64,000 bases of DNA, taken from assembly GCA_048939995.1 (NCBI GenBank), contig JBHLOY010000010.1, positions 1-64,000 of the forward strand. Direction: 5' to 3'. The stretch comes from Promethearchaeota archaeon. Its GTDB lineage: Archaea > Asgardarchaeota > Lokiarchaeia > Sigyniarchaeales > SOKP01. This document shows positions 10,535-20,831 of the stretch, piece after piece (position 1 is the first letter of the stretch; each line of letters starts with the position of its first letter). A model generated the notes under the pieces. The model made no database searches and was not told where the DNA came from. It worked only from the letters and a program-made list of their open reading frames with translations. A program made the position numbers and the translations under genes.

Positions 10535-11005
10535 TTAAGTCTTGTATTTTTCTACAGCCTTTGAATAAGCTGTGTCTTTGCTATAATCGAAAGAAGTAAT
10601 ATCTGTTGGAGTGATTATTAGCCTAACCCATTCAGTCAATTCCGATAATCCTTTCCAATAAGCTTCAGCTTCTTCATCTGACATGTATCTTTTGAAAATC
10701 GAGTGAGCTGTGTGATCCATATCCTTATCATCTATTTTAGCTTCACCATATATAATAACTGCTTTTGTTGATGAACTAAATTCATCAATTAATATAGTAA
10801 CTTTATTATTTCGTCTTATATTTTTAATTCGACGGCTATTTTTTGGAGATCCGATAAAAAATTTTCCCTTATCATAATAAAACCATACAGGAACAGCATG
10901 AATAGTCTCATCTTTATTAATACTGCAGATTCTTGCGATTTTAGCATTTAATATGAATTCTTCAATTTCTTCCTTAGTTAAAGCTGGTGGTTGAGTATAT
11001 GACAT
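10535..11005 (-). CDS. Pyridoxamine 5'-phosphate oxidase-like (FMN/F420 split-barrel) protein
   Basis: HAVPVWF, SRRIKNIRRNNKVTILID, VIIYGEA. Confidence 0.85.
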   Translation of the reverse strand: MSYTQPPALTKEEIEEFILNAKIARICSINKDETIHAVPVWFYYDKGKFFIGSPKNSRRIKNIRRNNKVTILIDEFSSSTKAVIIYGEAKIDDKDMDHTAHSIFKRYMSDEEAEAYWKGLSELTEWVRLIITPTDITSFDYSKDTAYSKAVEKYKT

Positions 11006-11277
11006 TTAAATCGCCTAAGTTTATATTACTTTTTTAAAATATAAAATTATTCATTCAGATTAGAATTAAATAATAATCATAATGACGCATTTAGCTTTAG
11101 TTCAATCAGAATATTTGGTCAAAGAGAATAATCTGAAAATTTTACATTAGAGGGTACTTTTAGGGATGGAAAGGTATTGATTTAATAGGTAAATATTAAG
11201 AATGTTTTATATGTGCACCAAAATCTTTATAATGCTATGTATAATTGAATTAAACAATTATAGATATTTGATTAATA

Positions 11278-12369
11278 ATGAATTCAATAAAATCTTTTTC
11301 AATAAAATTTCAATTTATTATTATAATATTTTTTATGGTTTTATCAAGCACTAATAAAGTCTATGCTGAATTAAATGTTTATCCCAGAAAGATCGGGCAA
11401 TTCGATACTCAATTTGCCTGGGATGTTGTAGTAATTGATGATATAGCTTACATTGGGGGAAATGAAGAAGGATTACAAATTATTAATGTTACTGATCCTT
11501 ACAATCCAATCGAGTTAGGACACCTTGATCTTGGAGTCACTCACAATGTCGAAGTTTTTAATGGAATCGCCTATTTAGCCAACTATTTTAGTGGTTTACA
11601 AATAGTTAATGTATCAAATCCATTAAATCCTACTAAGATAAGTGATTTCTATAATGGAGGACATGTTTCTGATGTTTTTACTATTGGAAATCTTGTTTAT
11701 TTAGTGAGTGTAGAAAATGGATTGGAAATTATTAATTGTAGCGATATTAAACATCCCGTTAAAATTGGAGAATATAACGATGGAGGATCTCCAAACGGGG
11801 TTTTTATTAAGGAAGATCTAGCATATGTTGCAGAATATCATGCAGGTCTAGAAATAGTTAACATTTCAGATCCATTTAATCCTTCCGAGATTGGTGGATG
11901 TTTTAATGGAGAAGGAGCTTATAGTGTTAAGGTTATAGAAAATATTGCTTACCTGTGTTATAGTTCAAACGGTTTAGAAATCTTGAATGTGAGTGATCCT
12001 TTCCATCCAATTACTTTGGGATCTTTTAATAATGGAGGTCTAGTGTACTTTGCTTTCATTCTAGATGATCTTGCTTTTCTTTCAGATGATTATGATGGGC
12101 TTGAAATCGTTAATATTAGTGATCCCACTAATCCTTGGAAGATAAGTGGATTTAATGATGGAGGACACACGAGAAATCTGTTTGTTGATAATAATCAAGT
12201 GTTTTTAACTGATTTAGATACAGGTTTGGAAATTCTTGAACTCACAGATAACCCACCAACTCAAAATAATTATATGGTTATAATATTCGTGTTAACTATT
12301 AGTATATTAGGTTTAATGTCAGTTTTTATTGTTATTTACAGGGTTATACATAAAAAAATTTTAAAATAA
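11278..12369 (+). CDS. Membrane-anchored LVIVD-repeat beta-propeller protein
   Basis: About seven AY...GLEIVNISDPxNP repeats, signal peptide, C-terminal TM with basic tail. Confidence 0.88.
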   Translation: MNSIKSFSIKFQFIIIIFFMVLSSTNKVYAELNVYPRKIGQFDTQFAWDVVVIDDIAYIGGNEEGLQIINVTDPYNPIELGHLDLGVTHNVEVFNGIAYLANYFSGLQIVNVSNPLNPTKISDFYNGGHVSDVFTIGNLVYLVSVENGLEIINCSDIKHPVKIGEYNDGGSPNGVFIKEDLAYVAEYHAGLEIVNISDPFNPSEIGGCFNGEGAYSVKVIENIAYLCYSSNGLEILNVSDPFHPITLGSFNNGGLVYFAFILDDLAFLSDDYDGLEIVNISDPTNPWKISGFNDGGHTRNLFVDNNQVFLTDLDTGLEILELTDNPPTQNNYMVIIFVLTISILGLMSVFIVIYRVIHKKILK

Positions 12370-12893
12370 AGTTAAATTCAAAGTCTGCTTTCATTTTAAA
12401 GATGAACCTCTGATTATCATTAGCATTTATGCAAGTGTGAATTATTATAATGAAAATCTAAGAGATGTTTTATACTCTCTTGAATTTAATTAAAAATTTT
12501 TATATATATTTGATAAGGTTTTTATCTAGTTTATTTTTCTCTCAAACACTCTTCAGATTTTTATTTGCAATTGGAATGGAAAGGTAGATGCAGCGCCAGA
12601 TTTCCATGAAAATTTAATGAAAATGAATATATTTATAATTTTTTCCTTCTGTTGTCAAGAAATCTTAAGATAGGTTTGTTTGATACATGGACGAAGTGGT
12701 AAGGAGAAAAGAATATTTAGTCATAAATGTTAAATATTATGTTATCTCATTTGTCCTTTGATCATTTTAGATCGATGGTTTCCGGTGGGCTTAATCCTAA
12801 TTAAAAGGGCTTATCTCACAAAAGGTCATCTCTTGAATGATCCTTTTTGAACATAGAAAAATTGAATTCAAAAAAAATAAAGGTATGAAAAAA

Positions 12894-13514
12894 ATGAAAA
12901 AGAGAACAAAACTAATTCTAATAGCGGCTTTGGGGATTTACTTTATTAGCTTTATGCCAGCTGTTCTAGGAAAAGCAAATTCTAGACCAATTGAGGACTT
13001 TACTGCCACTAACGATTATGTAGCAGCATGGCTGGATCCTGAAACCAATCTAATCATTTTTCCTCATGGATTTTTTATAACTCCTCCAGACACAGAAGTC
13101 ATTGCGGATTGCGAACATCATGGCTCTGTACTCGAGAGAGACTTGAAAGATGGACGAATATTGTATAGGATTAATTTGCATGTAAAAGGTGCCTGGATAT
13201 TGGTAGGTGATTATGGTGTTAATCCAATGATCTTTGAAGGAGAAATGGATTACTCCCTCACAGCAGTCGTAATTGTTGAGGGAGTGTTAGGTGGACCTGT
13301 TCCAAGTCTTTTTGATGTATGGTTTTTGGGTGCTGGCGAAGCTCCTTATTCGCATATAACAGGGAGTGGTACAGGAACATTTTTAGTTGACGCAATGGGT
13401 TTCAGTGCTGGGGAAACTGCGAATGTAAAAGTGAATCAAGTTGGTCTTACTAAACCAGAGGGGCATCCATTTTATCCTGGCATGTGGCCTGTAGAATTAG
13501 TGTTTTTCCATTAA
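12894..13514 (+). CDS. Secreted hypothetical protein
   Basis: MKKRTK plus hydrophobic signal peptide; start could also be 12885. Confidence 0.7.
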   Translation: MKKRTKLILIAALGIYFISFMPAVLGKANSRPIEDFTATNDYVAAWLDPETNLIIFPHGFFITPPDTEVIADCEHHGSVLERDLKDGRILYRINLHVKGAWILVGDYGVNPMIFEGEMDYSLTAVVIVEGVLGGPVPSLFDVWFLGAGEAPYSHITGSGTGTFLVDAMGFSAGETANVKVNQVGLTKPEGHPFYPGMWPVELVFFH

Positions 13515-13534
13515 AAAGGTGTAAAACCTTTTTT
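13513..13534 (+). terminator. Hairpin plus T-tract after secreted protein gene
   Basis: AAAAAGGT-gtaaa-ACCTTTTTT overlapping the stop codon. Confidence 0.55.
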
Positions 13535-13830
13535 GGAGTCCTATAACATATAAAAGGAAAAAAATTCTTAATTAAAATTATAGAAATGTAGAGGAACTAG
13601 CTTAGATATATTGCTTTTCGAATGACCACACCTAAATTCCTCCGTTCTATATTTCTTTTTTTTATTTATACAATTTATGCGGAAATATCCAAAACTATTA
13701 TGCAATTTTTATCGTATTGGAATTAACATAACTTGGTCAAAATCAATAAAAGAATCACCTAAGTGAAAAATAAAAAAAATTGATTGACCTTTAGGAAAGA
13801 TTAATTCCCTGTAATGGTCTATTTTAGTTA

Positions 13831-14310
13831 TTAAGAAGATTTCAGAGTTATTTGTTCTTCACAGAAACCAGCGTCTGAAAATTTAAATGTCAACAACTCA
13901 TACTGAAATTCTGGATTAAGATGTTGTACTATCGTGTCCATAAAAACAATCGCACTGTCAATATAGAATTGTTCTGGATTTATACCCGCTACTTTGCAAG
14001 CATCATAAAAAGGACTTCTATTTACCTTAATAATGATTCTATCTGGACTATCTTCAAGTATTTCCCACGCAATTCCGATATTTTCGGGTATTATTTTTAT
14101 TAAAGAATACGCTTCTTCAGCATCGATATAACTCGCTTCTGATTGACTTTTTAATTTCAATCCTTGATACTTCCCAGAAGCTTCGAAAGTTTCTCTTAAT
14201 AGTTTACTAGCTTCATTCGTTCCAATTTTTTGAGATGTTTTAGCAACAAATTCAGCAAAGGCAATCAAATTTGCTCTTGAGGATTTATATAACTTATCTA
14301 AAATTTCCAT
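13831..14310 (-). CDS. V4R / ATC-hydrolase-like ligand-binding domain protein
   Basis: G...G...K helix, IIIKVNRSPFYDAC, LNPEFQY, FCEEQI. Confidence 0.5.
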   Translation of the reverse strand: MEILDKLYKSSRANLIAFAEFVAKTSQKIGTNEASKLLRETFEASGKYQGLKLKSQSEASYIDAEEAYSLIKIIPENIGIAWEILEDSPDRIIIKVNRSPFYDACKVAGINPEQFYIDSAIVFMDTIVQHLNPEFQYELLTFKFSDAGFCEEQITLKSS

Positions 14311-14544
14311 TTATAAAAACCAACTACAATTTTGTATCGAAATTCTTAAACTTCTAAAAATTCTTATTTTTATATAAGTGAATTTTAGCATTAAAGAGTT
14401 TCGAAATTGACATAAAAGCAAATATTATCCTATCGAATTTTTTATCTTGTTATATGAAAAACGTATCATTTATATAATCATTAAATAATAAATTTTGAGA
14501 AATCATTGTTAACTCAAATTTTAGAATTATATTAACTAAAACAA

Positions 14545-15249
14545 TTAGAATAGGCTTTTATAATCTTTCCATTTAGATGTTAGATTTGCCTGAATAGCAT
14601 TATATAATGTATTCTCAATTTCTGTCAAGTTGTTTTTTTCTAATATTAATTTTGCTTTCTTAAAATACTTTTTTGCCTTGTTAAAAGATGAAGTCCCTCG
14701 AATATCAACCGTCGTGTACTTATCAATCCCATAACCTTCTGGTTCGGGTATTTTATTAATATACATTAAACCAATTTGATTATAGATTCGTGCTTGTTCA
14801 GCATATAATCCCGCTTCTTCACAAATTTTTTCAGCCTTTTTAAAATGCTTAATAGCTTTTTTTAGATCATCCTGAAGATAATTTATCCTCCCCATTTTAA
14901 AATTCATTTCAGATAATATCTTAAACGATGTTTTCTTCGGTGTTTTTCCGATCGATATAGTATAAGCATCTAAGGCCTGATCGAGATACCCAAGTTCAAA
15001 ATTGAAATCTCCTAAAAATTTATAAAATTCATGAATATTCTTATAAACAGGATCTTTTTTATCAAGCTCTATCGCTTCTTGACTATACTTTAAACCTAAC
15101 TCATTTGCTTTGATTTCATAACATAACTCAGCCAAATTTAGTAATGTGTTAAATACGCCCGAAATATCATCCGAATTTTTAACTACTTTTAGAGTTTCTT
15201 CTAACTTTTTTAACTTCTCATGAGGTTTTAATTCAATTGAATTGTTCAT
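14545..15249 (-). CDS. Tetratricopeptide repeat protein
   Basis: Repeated LG......G..A...Y/F..A helical pattern. Confidence 0.8.
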   Translation of the reverse strand: MNNSIELKPHEKLKKLEETLKVVKNSDDISGVFNTLLNLAELCYEIKANELGLKYSQEAIELDKKDPVYKNIHEFYKFLGDFNFELGYLDQALDAYTISIGKTPKKTSFKILSEMNFKMGRINYLQDDLKKAIKHFKKAEKICEEAGLYAEQARIYNQIGLMYINKIPEPEGYGIDKYTTVDIRGTSSFNKAKKYFKKAKLILEKNNLTEIENTLYNAIQANLTSKWKDYKSLF

Positions 15250-15355
15250 TTAAAGCACTATTTGTAATTTATATACAAGATAATTCAAAGATCTATAAAT
15301 AAATTTTCTAATGTATTAAACCAAAAAAAAAAGGAAAAAGAATTATTATTAATTT

Positions 15356-15733
15356 TTATACCAGCCCTACTTTACCCGCATATTTCACTATTAGAAATAT
15401 AATTATAGCAACAATTATGAAGTTGATAAGGGCTGCTATGAAATTTCCAATGGTAAATGGACCCAATTGAAAATCTTTCAATTGCGTAAAACCAGGTACA
15501 AATAAACCAATAATGGGGGTTATTATATCATTAGCGAGCGATAGAATCAGTGTATTTACTGCAAGACCAATAATGAAAGCAGCTGCGAGTCCTAAAATCT
15601 TATATTGTTTAATAAATTCTAAAAATTCAGCAGCAATATTCTTTGGTTTTGGTTTTGGAGATGGTGGAGGTGCTGGTGTAAGAAGCTCTCGTATTTTCTT
15701 TAATTCCTCTAACATTTTATCTTCTTTTGACAT
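15356..15733 (-). CDS. mscL: Large-conductance mechanosensitive channel (circularly permuted form)
   Basis: EFLEFIKQYKILGLAAAFIIG, SLANDIITPII, GNFIAALINFIIVA. Confidence 0.88.
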   Translation of the reverse strand: MSKEDKMLEELKKIRELLTPAPPPSPKPKPKNIAAEFLEFIKQYKILGLAAAFIIGLAVNTLILSLANDIITPIIGLFVPGFTQLKDFQLGPFTIGNFIAALINFIIVAIIIFLIVKYAGKVGLV

Positions 15734-15896
15734 GGATTTTCACATTCTTTTTACATTTATAGCTAATATTAGCTTATTTGATTTTTTTTTTCCATTTATT
15801 TAAAGATTTTTTTAATGTTTCATTAATTCGCAAACTCAAAATGAATTGTGTCCAAAAGTCAAAAATTATTTAATTTTAAATTAATTTCATTTAATT

Positions 15897-16751
15897 ATGA
15901 GTAATAAGGGTTTCAATCAGTTTAGAGGAGACGTAAATACTGAAACTGTAAAATATATTGCTGACCCTCAGCTTAGAAATATTGTAAACGTTTCTATTGC
16001 GCTGGGACGACCTCTATTAGTAAAAGGAGAGCCTGGAACAGGTAAGACTTTATTGGCACATGCGATTGCAACAGCCATAGGAAAAAGGTTAATTATTTGG
16101 AATATAAAATCTACAACTGAAGCCATAGATGGATGTTATATGTATGATACAGTTCAAAGATTAAATGATAGTCGTTTTGGTTCTGACGAGAGAAACGTTA
16201 ATAATATTCATGATTACATTATGCTTGGTCCTTTAGGAGAAGCTTTTGAATCTGATGAACAAGTCGTTTTATTAATTGATGAGATAGATAAAGCTGATAT
16301 TGAATTTCCTAATGACCTATTACAAGAATTAGATGTGATGGAATTTTATATTAAAGAGACAAAAGAATTTATTAAAGCTAAACATAGACCAATAGTAATT
16401 ATTACTTCAAATAATGAAAAAGAGCTTCCAGATGCTTTTCTACGCAGGTGTATCTTCCATTGGATTGAATTCCCTTCGAAAGAATTCATGGCTGACATTT
16501 GTCGACTACATTATCCTCATTTAAAAGAAAATCTATTAGAACAATGCCTTAAACAATTTTATGTATTAAGAACCATAACTAAATTAAGAAAGATGCCTTC
16601 AACATCCGAGCTTCTGGACTGGATAGGAGTTTTACTTAAAAGTGGAATCTCAATTGATGAGTTAACGAAAGGAATCCCCTTCTTAGGTGTTCTAATTAAG
16701 AAAGAGAAAGATATGGATTTGGTTTTAGAGAAAATAAAATTCCCAACCTAG
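15897..16751 (+). CDS. MoxR-family AAA+ ATPase (CoxD-like)
   Basis: GEPGTGKT, LLIDEIDKAD, TSNNEKELPDAFLRRC. Confidence 0.93.
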   Translation: MSNKGFNQFRGDVNTETVKYIADPQLRNIVNVSIALGRPLLVKGEPGTGKTLLAHAIATAIGKRLIIWNIKSTTEAIDGCYMYDTVQRLNDSRFGSDERNVNNIHDYIMLGPLGEAFESDEQVVLLIDEIDKADIEFPNDLLQELDVMEFYIKETKEFIKAKHRPIVIITSNNEKELPDAFLRRCIFHWIEFPSKEFMADICRLHYPHLKENLLEQCLKQFYVLRTITKLRKMPSTSELLDWIGVLLKSGISIDELTKGIPFLGVLIKKEKDMDLVLEKIKFPT

Positions 16752-17125
16752 TCTTTTTATATCTTTAACACCCCTTAATTGAAGAGTTCTACCCCTCTAG
16801 AACACTCTTTTTGTAAACATCTACAAATATCTAGAAAAAAGATTTAAATAGCCTCTTTGAATTTATATCAAATTAAGTAAAATAGATGATATTACAAGAG
16901 AATAAAAAGATAAGGAAATCTTTTACAACATGAAACCTTTTGACGTGGATTTAAAGAACTATATCACTGGGATATAAGATTCGATCATCCACTCTTTAAA
17001 TACTCCCTTGTTAATACCAACCTATTTTACTTAACCCTAACAAAAAATTTGGACTCTCTCCTACTAACATCTCGAAGTTAATAATAAGAAAAAAAAAAAA
17101 TTTTGTAAAAGTAATTTTTTCTATC

Positions 17126-17425
17126 TTAACCTAGGCCAACCATCCCTAGGGCGTCCTTGGCTTCTAATACGGGGTATAAATGATATTTATATCCCACTAC
17201 ATCCATATATCCAGTATATCTCTTTATGATTGCTTTTAAGCCCTCAAAGTATCTAGTCTCATCTGCAATCTGGTAAATTGAGAAAAATGTTATCTCTCCG
17301 GCTGCAGTGTTAAAAACATGCTCAGTTTTAACAAAATCAGGTAATTTTTCTAAGCTTACGAACAATTTTCCTACATCCTTGCCGACATGCGCGGGGAAGC
17401 TTCCCATGACTACAACATATGCCAT
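17126..17425 (-). CDS. Small hypothetical protein
   Basis: 99-aa ORF preceded by AGGAGGT RBS. Confidence 0.7.
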   Translation of the reverse strand: MAYVVVMGSFPAHVGKDVGKLFVSLEKLPDFVKTEHVFNTAAGEITFFSIYQIADETRYFEGLKAIIKRYTGYMDVVGYKYHLYPVLEAKDALGMVGLG

Positions 17426-17672
17426 AATCTTACCTCCTATTTTTAAATTAAAAATTTAGTTAAGTGATTTATATTATTTTATTAGATTTCGTTAGGAATT
17501 GTGAAAGACACATCTGTATATAATTTTAATTGTTTAAACCAAGTTTTGTATCAAATTACTCTCCCTCTTAAAATTATGATAAACTTCATGAAATACAGAG
17601 GAATAACAGAAAATATTATAAGTTTTCTTAAAAGTTTAAGTGTAATAATTATAATAGGTTATAAAAATAGAT

Positions 17673-18593
17673 TTGTCCAAAAAGTTTGTTTATAAATATA
17701 AAACTGTTTCAGTAGACCATTTAACTGAACTACAAGAAGATATTAATAAACTACGATTTGCTGGAAAACTAAGTATCAATAAAACTTATAGAAGCTATAT
17801 TGATACTAAAAAATTTGAAATTCCTCAAAACTTCCCTTATGCTAAATCAATCATCATACTTGCAATCTATGGCAGATTAGCATTAGTAACTTTTCATGTA
17901 AATGACAATAATTACGATGTAATGATTCCCCCGAATTATTATGACGATGGGATTACTTCCGAAGATTTCGAGAATGTAATTCAAAATGAGATTATAAAAG
18001 AACCAGGATATAAGGTTCAACCAGCAACTAAACTCCATTTAAAACTATTGGCTGTTAGGAGTGGACTTGGAAAGTATGGACGGAATAATATTTGCTATGT
18101 TGACGATTGGGGCAGCATGATATATTTAAATGCCTATTTCACAGATTTCCAATTTAAAGAAGATAATTGGACTGAAATAAATATGATGGAACAATGTGAA
18201 AATTGCTCCATCTGTATTAATAACTGTCCTACAAGCGCTATTCCAGAGCCTAATAATACCAATTTTGTAATTAATGCCAATAAATGCATCCCCGTATATA
18301 ATGAAATTCAAGGTATAATTCCAGATTGGATTCCTTCCGATGCACATAATGCTTTGATTGGATGTATGAAATGCCAAAAACCTTGCCCAGCTAATCATAA
18401 AACAATCAAGATCACGGAAAGACTAGAAGACATCACAGAGGAAGAAACTAAAATGATCCTTGAGGGACGTACTGATGAAAAAATCGTGGATTCCTTATCG
18501 AAAAAGCTTAAAATGTTCCTTCCATCTCATGCAGAAAGAGTTCTACCAGTTATCAAAAGAAATTTAGAACTTCTAATTAAAAATAATCATTAA
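17673..18593 (+). CDS. Epoxyqueuosine reductase / reductive-dehalogenase-like cobalamin and 2x[4Fe-4S] protein
   Basis: AVRSGLGKYGRNN, CENCSICINNCP, GCMKCQKPCP. Confidence 0.8.
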   Translation: MSKKFVYKYKTVSVDHLTELQEDINKLRFAGKLSINKTYRSYIDTKKFEIPQNFPYAKSIIILAIYGRLALVTFHVNDNNYDVMIPPNYYDDGITSEDFENVIQNEIIKEPGYKVQPATKLHLKLLAVRSGLGKYGRNNICYVDDWGSMIYLNAYFTDFQFKEDNWTEINMMEQCENCSICINNCPTSAIPEPNNTNFVINANKCIPVYNEIQGIIPDWIPSDAHNALIGCMKCQKPCPANHKTIKITERLEDITEEETKMILEGRTDEKIVDSLSKKLKMFLPSHAERVLPVIKRNLELLIKNNH

Positions 18594-18603
18594 TTTTTTT
18601 TAA

Positions 18604-18984
18604 TTATAACTTTCCATTTAACTTCATCGTATACCTTCTGAGAAAGCTCATTGCATTATGTGGATCTGCTTGAGGCATAGCATATGATACAAGTAAGCCT
18701 CCTTGAAATGGAACGAGTATTACATGACCTAAGCCATTATCGTTAGTTCCAATAATTCCCTCAGTAGTAACCTCGATAACAGAATATTTTACATCGTTTA
18801 AAATAAATGAAAGCTCTCCTCTCATAACATTTAATATTACGTCAGTTTGATTGATTAAATCCCAATTAGATGTCTGATATACCAATGTTCCATTATTAGA
18901 CATAACCGCAAGTGCCGCAATTTTTATGTTAGCCTCAAAAGCAGCAATCCCCAAATCGTCAATAATGCTTTTTATTTCAACCAT
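18604..18984 (-). CDS. Asgard (Loki-type) profilin
   Basis: IIDDL, G..VYQTSNWD, KYSVIEVTTEGIIGTNDNGLGHVILVP, LVSY..PQADP resemble characterised Loki profilins. Confidence 0.8.
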   Translation of the reverse strand: MVEIKSIIDDLGIAAFEANIKIAALAVMSNNGTLVYQTSNWDLINQTDVILNVMRGELSFILNDVKYSVIEVTTEGIIGTNDNGLGHVILVPFQGGLLVSYAMPQADPHNAMSFLRRYTMKLNGKL

Positions 18985-19141
18985 ATTTGTTCTATTAATT
19001 GATTACATTAATACTTTTACTAATTGAGCTTTATATGATTTTATTTACGATTTACTATAATGTCATCATCTCGAGTCATTTTAAAATTAAGGCGGTTACC
19101 GCAATAATATTTAATGATTAAGAAATTAAAATTCTGAACAT

Positions 19142-19297
19142 TTAAAATGGAAATACAATAATTCCCATCAATATAAGATAAAATATCACTGAAATAACTA
19201 TAAATGCTGCCAACCATGAATGAATCCTATCTAACCGTTTCTTTATCTGCTTTAGTTCATTAACTATAGCATTCTTAGAATCTTGAATCTCATTCAT
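19142..19297 (-). CDS. 51-aa tail-anchored membrane protein (not in ORF track)
   Basis: MNEIQDSKNAIVNELKQIKKRLDRIHSWLAAFIVISVIFYLILMGIIVFPF; GAGGGA RBS upstream. Confidence 0.6.
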   Translation of the reverse strand: MNEIQDSKNAIVNELKQIKKRLDRIHSWLAAFIVISVIFYLILMGIIVFPF

Positions 19298-19439
19298 TTC
19301 ATTCCCTCTGATTAGTATAATTTAATACTATTATAATAACTAAGTAGACACGACTTTAAAAATTTATTTTATACAAAAACTAAAATTACAATATTCATTA
19401 TATTTAATCAGAAAACTAAATGAAGTAGGATTTGGTAAA

Positions 19440-20672
19440 GTGTTTATTGACTTTTTTTATTATTTGAAAGAGCGACTCCCTGTATCAATAACAGAGTATA
19501 TGACCCTTATGGAAGCTTTAGATAGAGGGTTAATCCATAATATGGTCGAATTCTATTATGTATCCCGTTCCATTCTCTGCAAAAGTGAACATCACTTTGA
19601 TATTTATGATATTACTTTTGCTAATTTCTTTAAAAATGCCTTATTAAAGTTTCCTGATGAAATAAAACAACAAATCTGGGATTGGCTGGAAAAAGATTTA
19701 AATCCCCCTGAATTACCAGATGGATTTCAAGAATTTCTAGATCAGCATTTTGATCTTGAAGAATTACAAAAACATTTTGAAGAATTACTCAAAAAACAAG
19801 ATGCTGAGCATAATTTTGGCGACCATTGGATCGGAACTCAAGGTGAATCGCAGTTTGGACATTCGGGACAAAATCCCATGGGTATGAGAGTTGGAGGTGG
19901 CTCTGGCTTAAGAATGGCTGTTCAAATCGCTCAAAAAAGAATCTTCCAAGATTATAGAAAAGATATTGTCCTTGACACCCGTCAAATAAAAGTAGCTCTA
20001 AAGCGATTAAGAAAACTCGAGGAAATTGGAAAACAAGACGAATTAAATATGGACAAAACGATTGATAAAACCTGTCGAAATGGCGGTGATATCGAAATTG
20101 TATTTGATAAGCGAAGAAAAAATGAGGTAAGAATTATCTTACTCATGGATGTTGGAGGTAGCATGACTCCATATGCGCATTTAGTTAATCTTCTCTTTTC
20201 AGCAGCAAATAATATGTCCCACTGGAAGGATTTCAAATATTATTATTTTCATAACTGCATTTACGAGTCACTCTATTTTAATGCTCAACGGAATCCCGAT
20301 GAAGCAATTGAATTCGAAGAATTTTTGAAGAAGTATGATAATAAATACAAAGTAGTTCTTGTAGGTGATGCAGCAATGGCTTCATGGGAATTAACGGAAC
20401 GATATGGTTCGATATATTATTATCACAGAAATGAGCTCCCTGGTATTTATTACATTAAAGAGATTGCGAAACACTTTAAAAATAATGTTGTATGGCTTAA
20501 TCCGGAGCTCATACGCCCCGAATGGGCACCGTGGACTCGAAAAGTAATTTCAAGTATAATCCCAATGTTTAGCCTAACAATCGAGGGCATTGAGGAAGCA
20601 ATGGATTATCTCCGGAAAAGCGGGAAAGATATTTACACCACTGTTCAGATTCTTAAGGGATTTAAGTATTGA
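19440..20672 (+). CDS. VWA-domain CoxE-like protein (MoxR partner)
   Basis: MIDAS LMDVGGSM, YYYFHNCIY, VGDAAM, WLNP. Confidence 0.9.
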   Translation: MFIDFFYYLKERLPVSITEYMTLMEALDRGLIHNMVEFYYVSRSILCKSEHHFDIYDITFANFFKNALLKFPDEIKQQIWDWLEKDLNPPELPDGFQEFLDQHFDLEELQKHFEELLKKQDAEHNFGDHWIGTQGESQFGHSGQNPMGMRVGGGSGLRMAVQIAQKRIFQDYRKDIVLDTRQIKVALKRLRKLEEIGKQDELNMDKTIDKTCRNGGDIEIVFDKRRKNEVRIILLMDVGGSMTPYAHLVNLLFSAANNMSHWKDFKYYYFHNCIYESLYFNAQRNPDEAIEFEEFLKKYDNKYKVVLVGDAAMASWELTERYGSIYYYHRNELPGIYYIKEIAKHFKNNVVWLNPELIRPEWAPWTRKVISSIIPMFSLTIEGIEEAMDYLRKSGKDIYTTVQILKGFKY

Positions 20673-20831
20673 TACTACACATATTTTTTCTGGGAAATAA
20701 ATCTACTGAAAATGAAAAGACTACCGAACACGAACGGCTACGAAACATCGTAAGGATAGAATTAAATATACAGAAAGATAATTGAAAATATGAGCGGAAA
20801 AATCATATGGAAGAAAAAAAGGTGAGAATCA

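Noticed and set aside
11166-12585. Shared ATGGAAAGGTA upstream of two secreted-protein genes
   Set aside because: Only 11 bp, at different distances from the starts; plausibly chance
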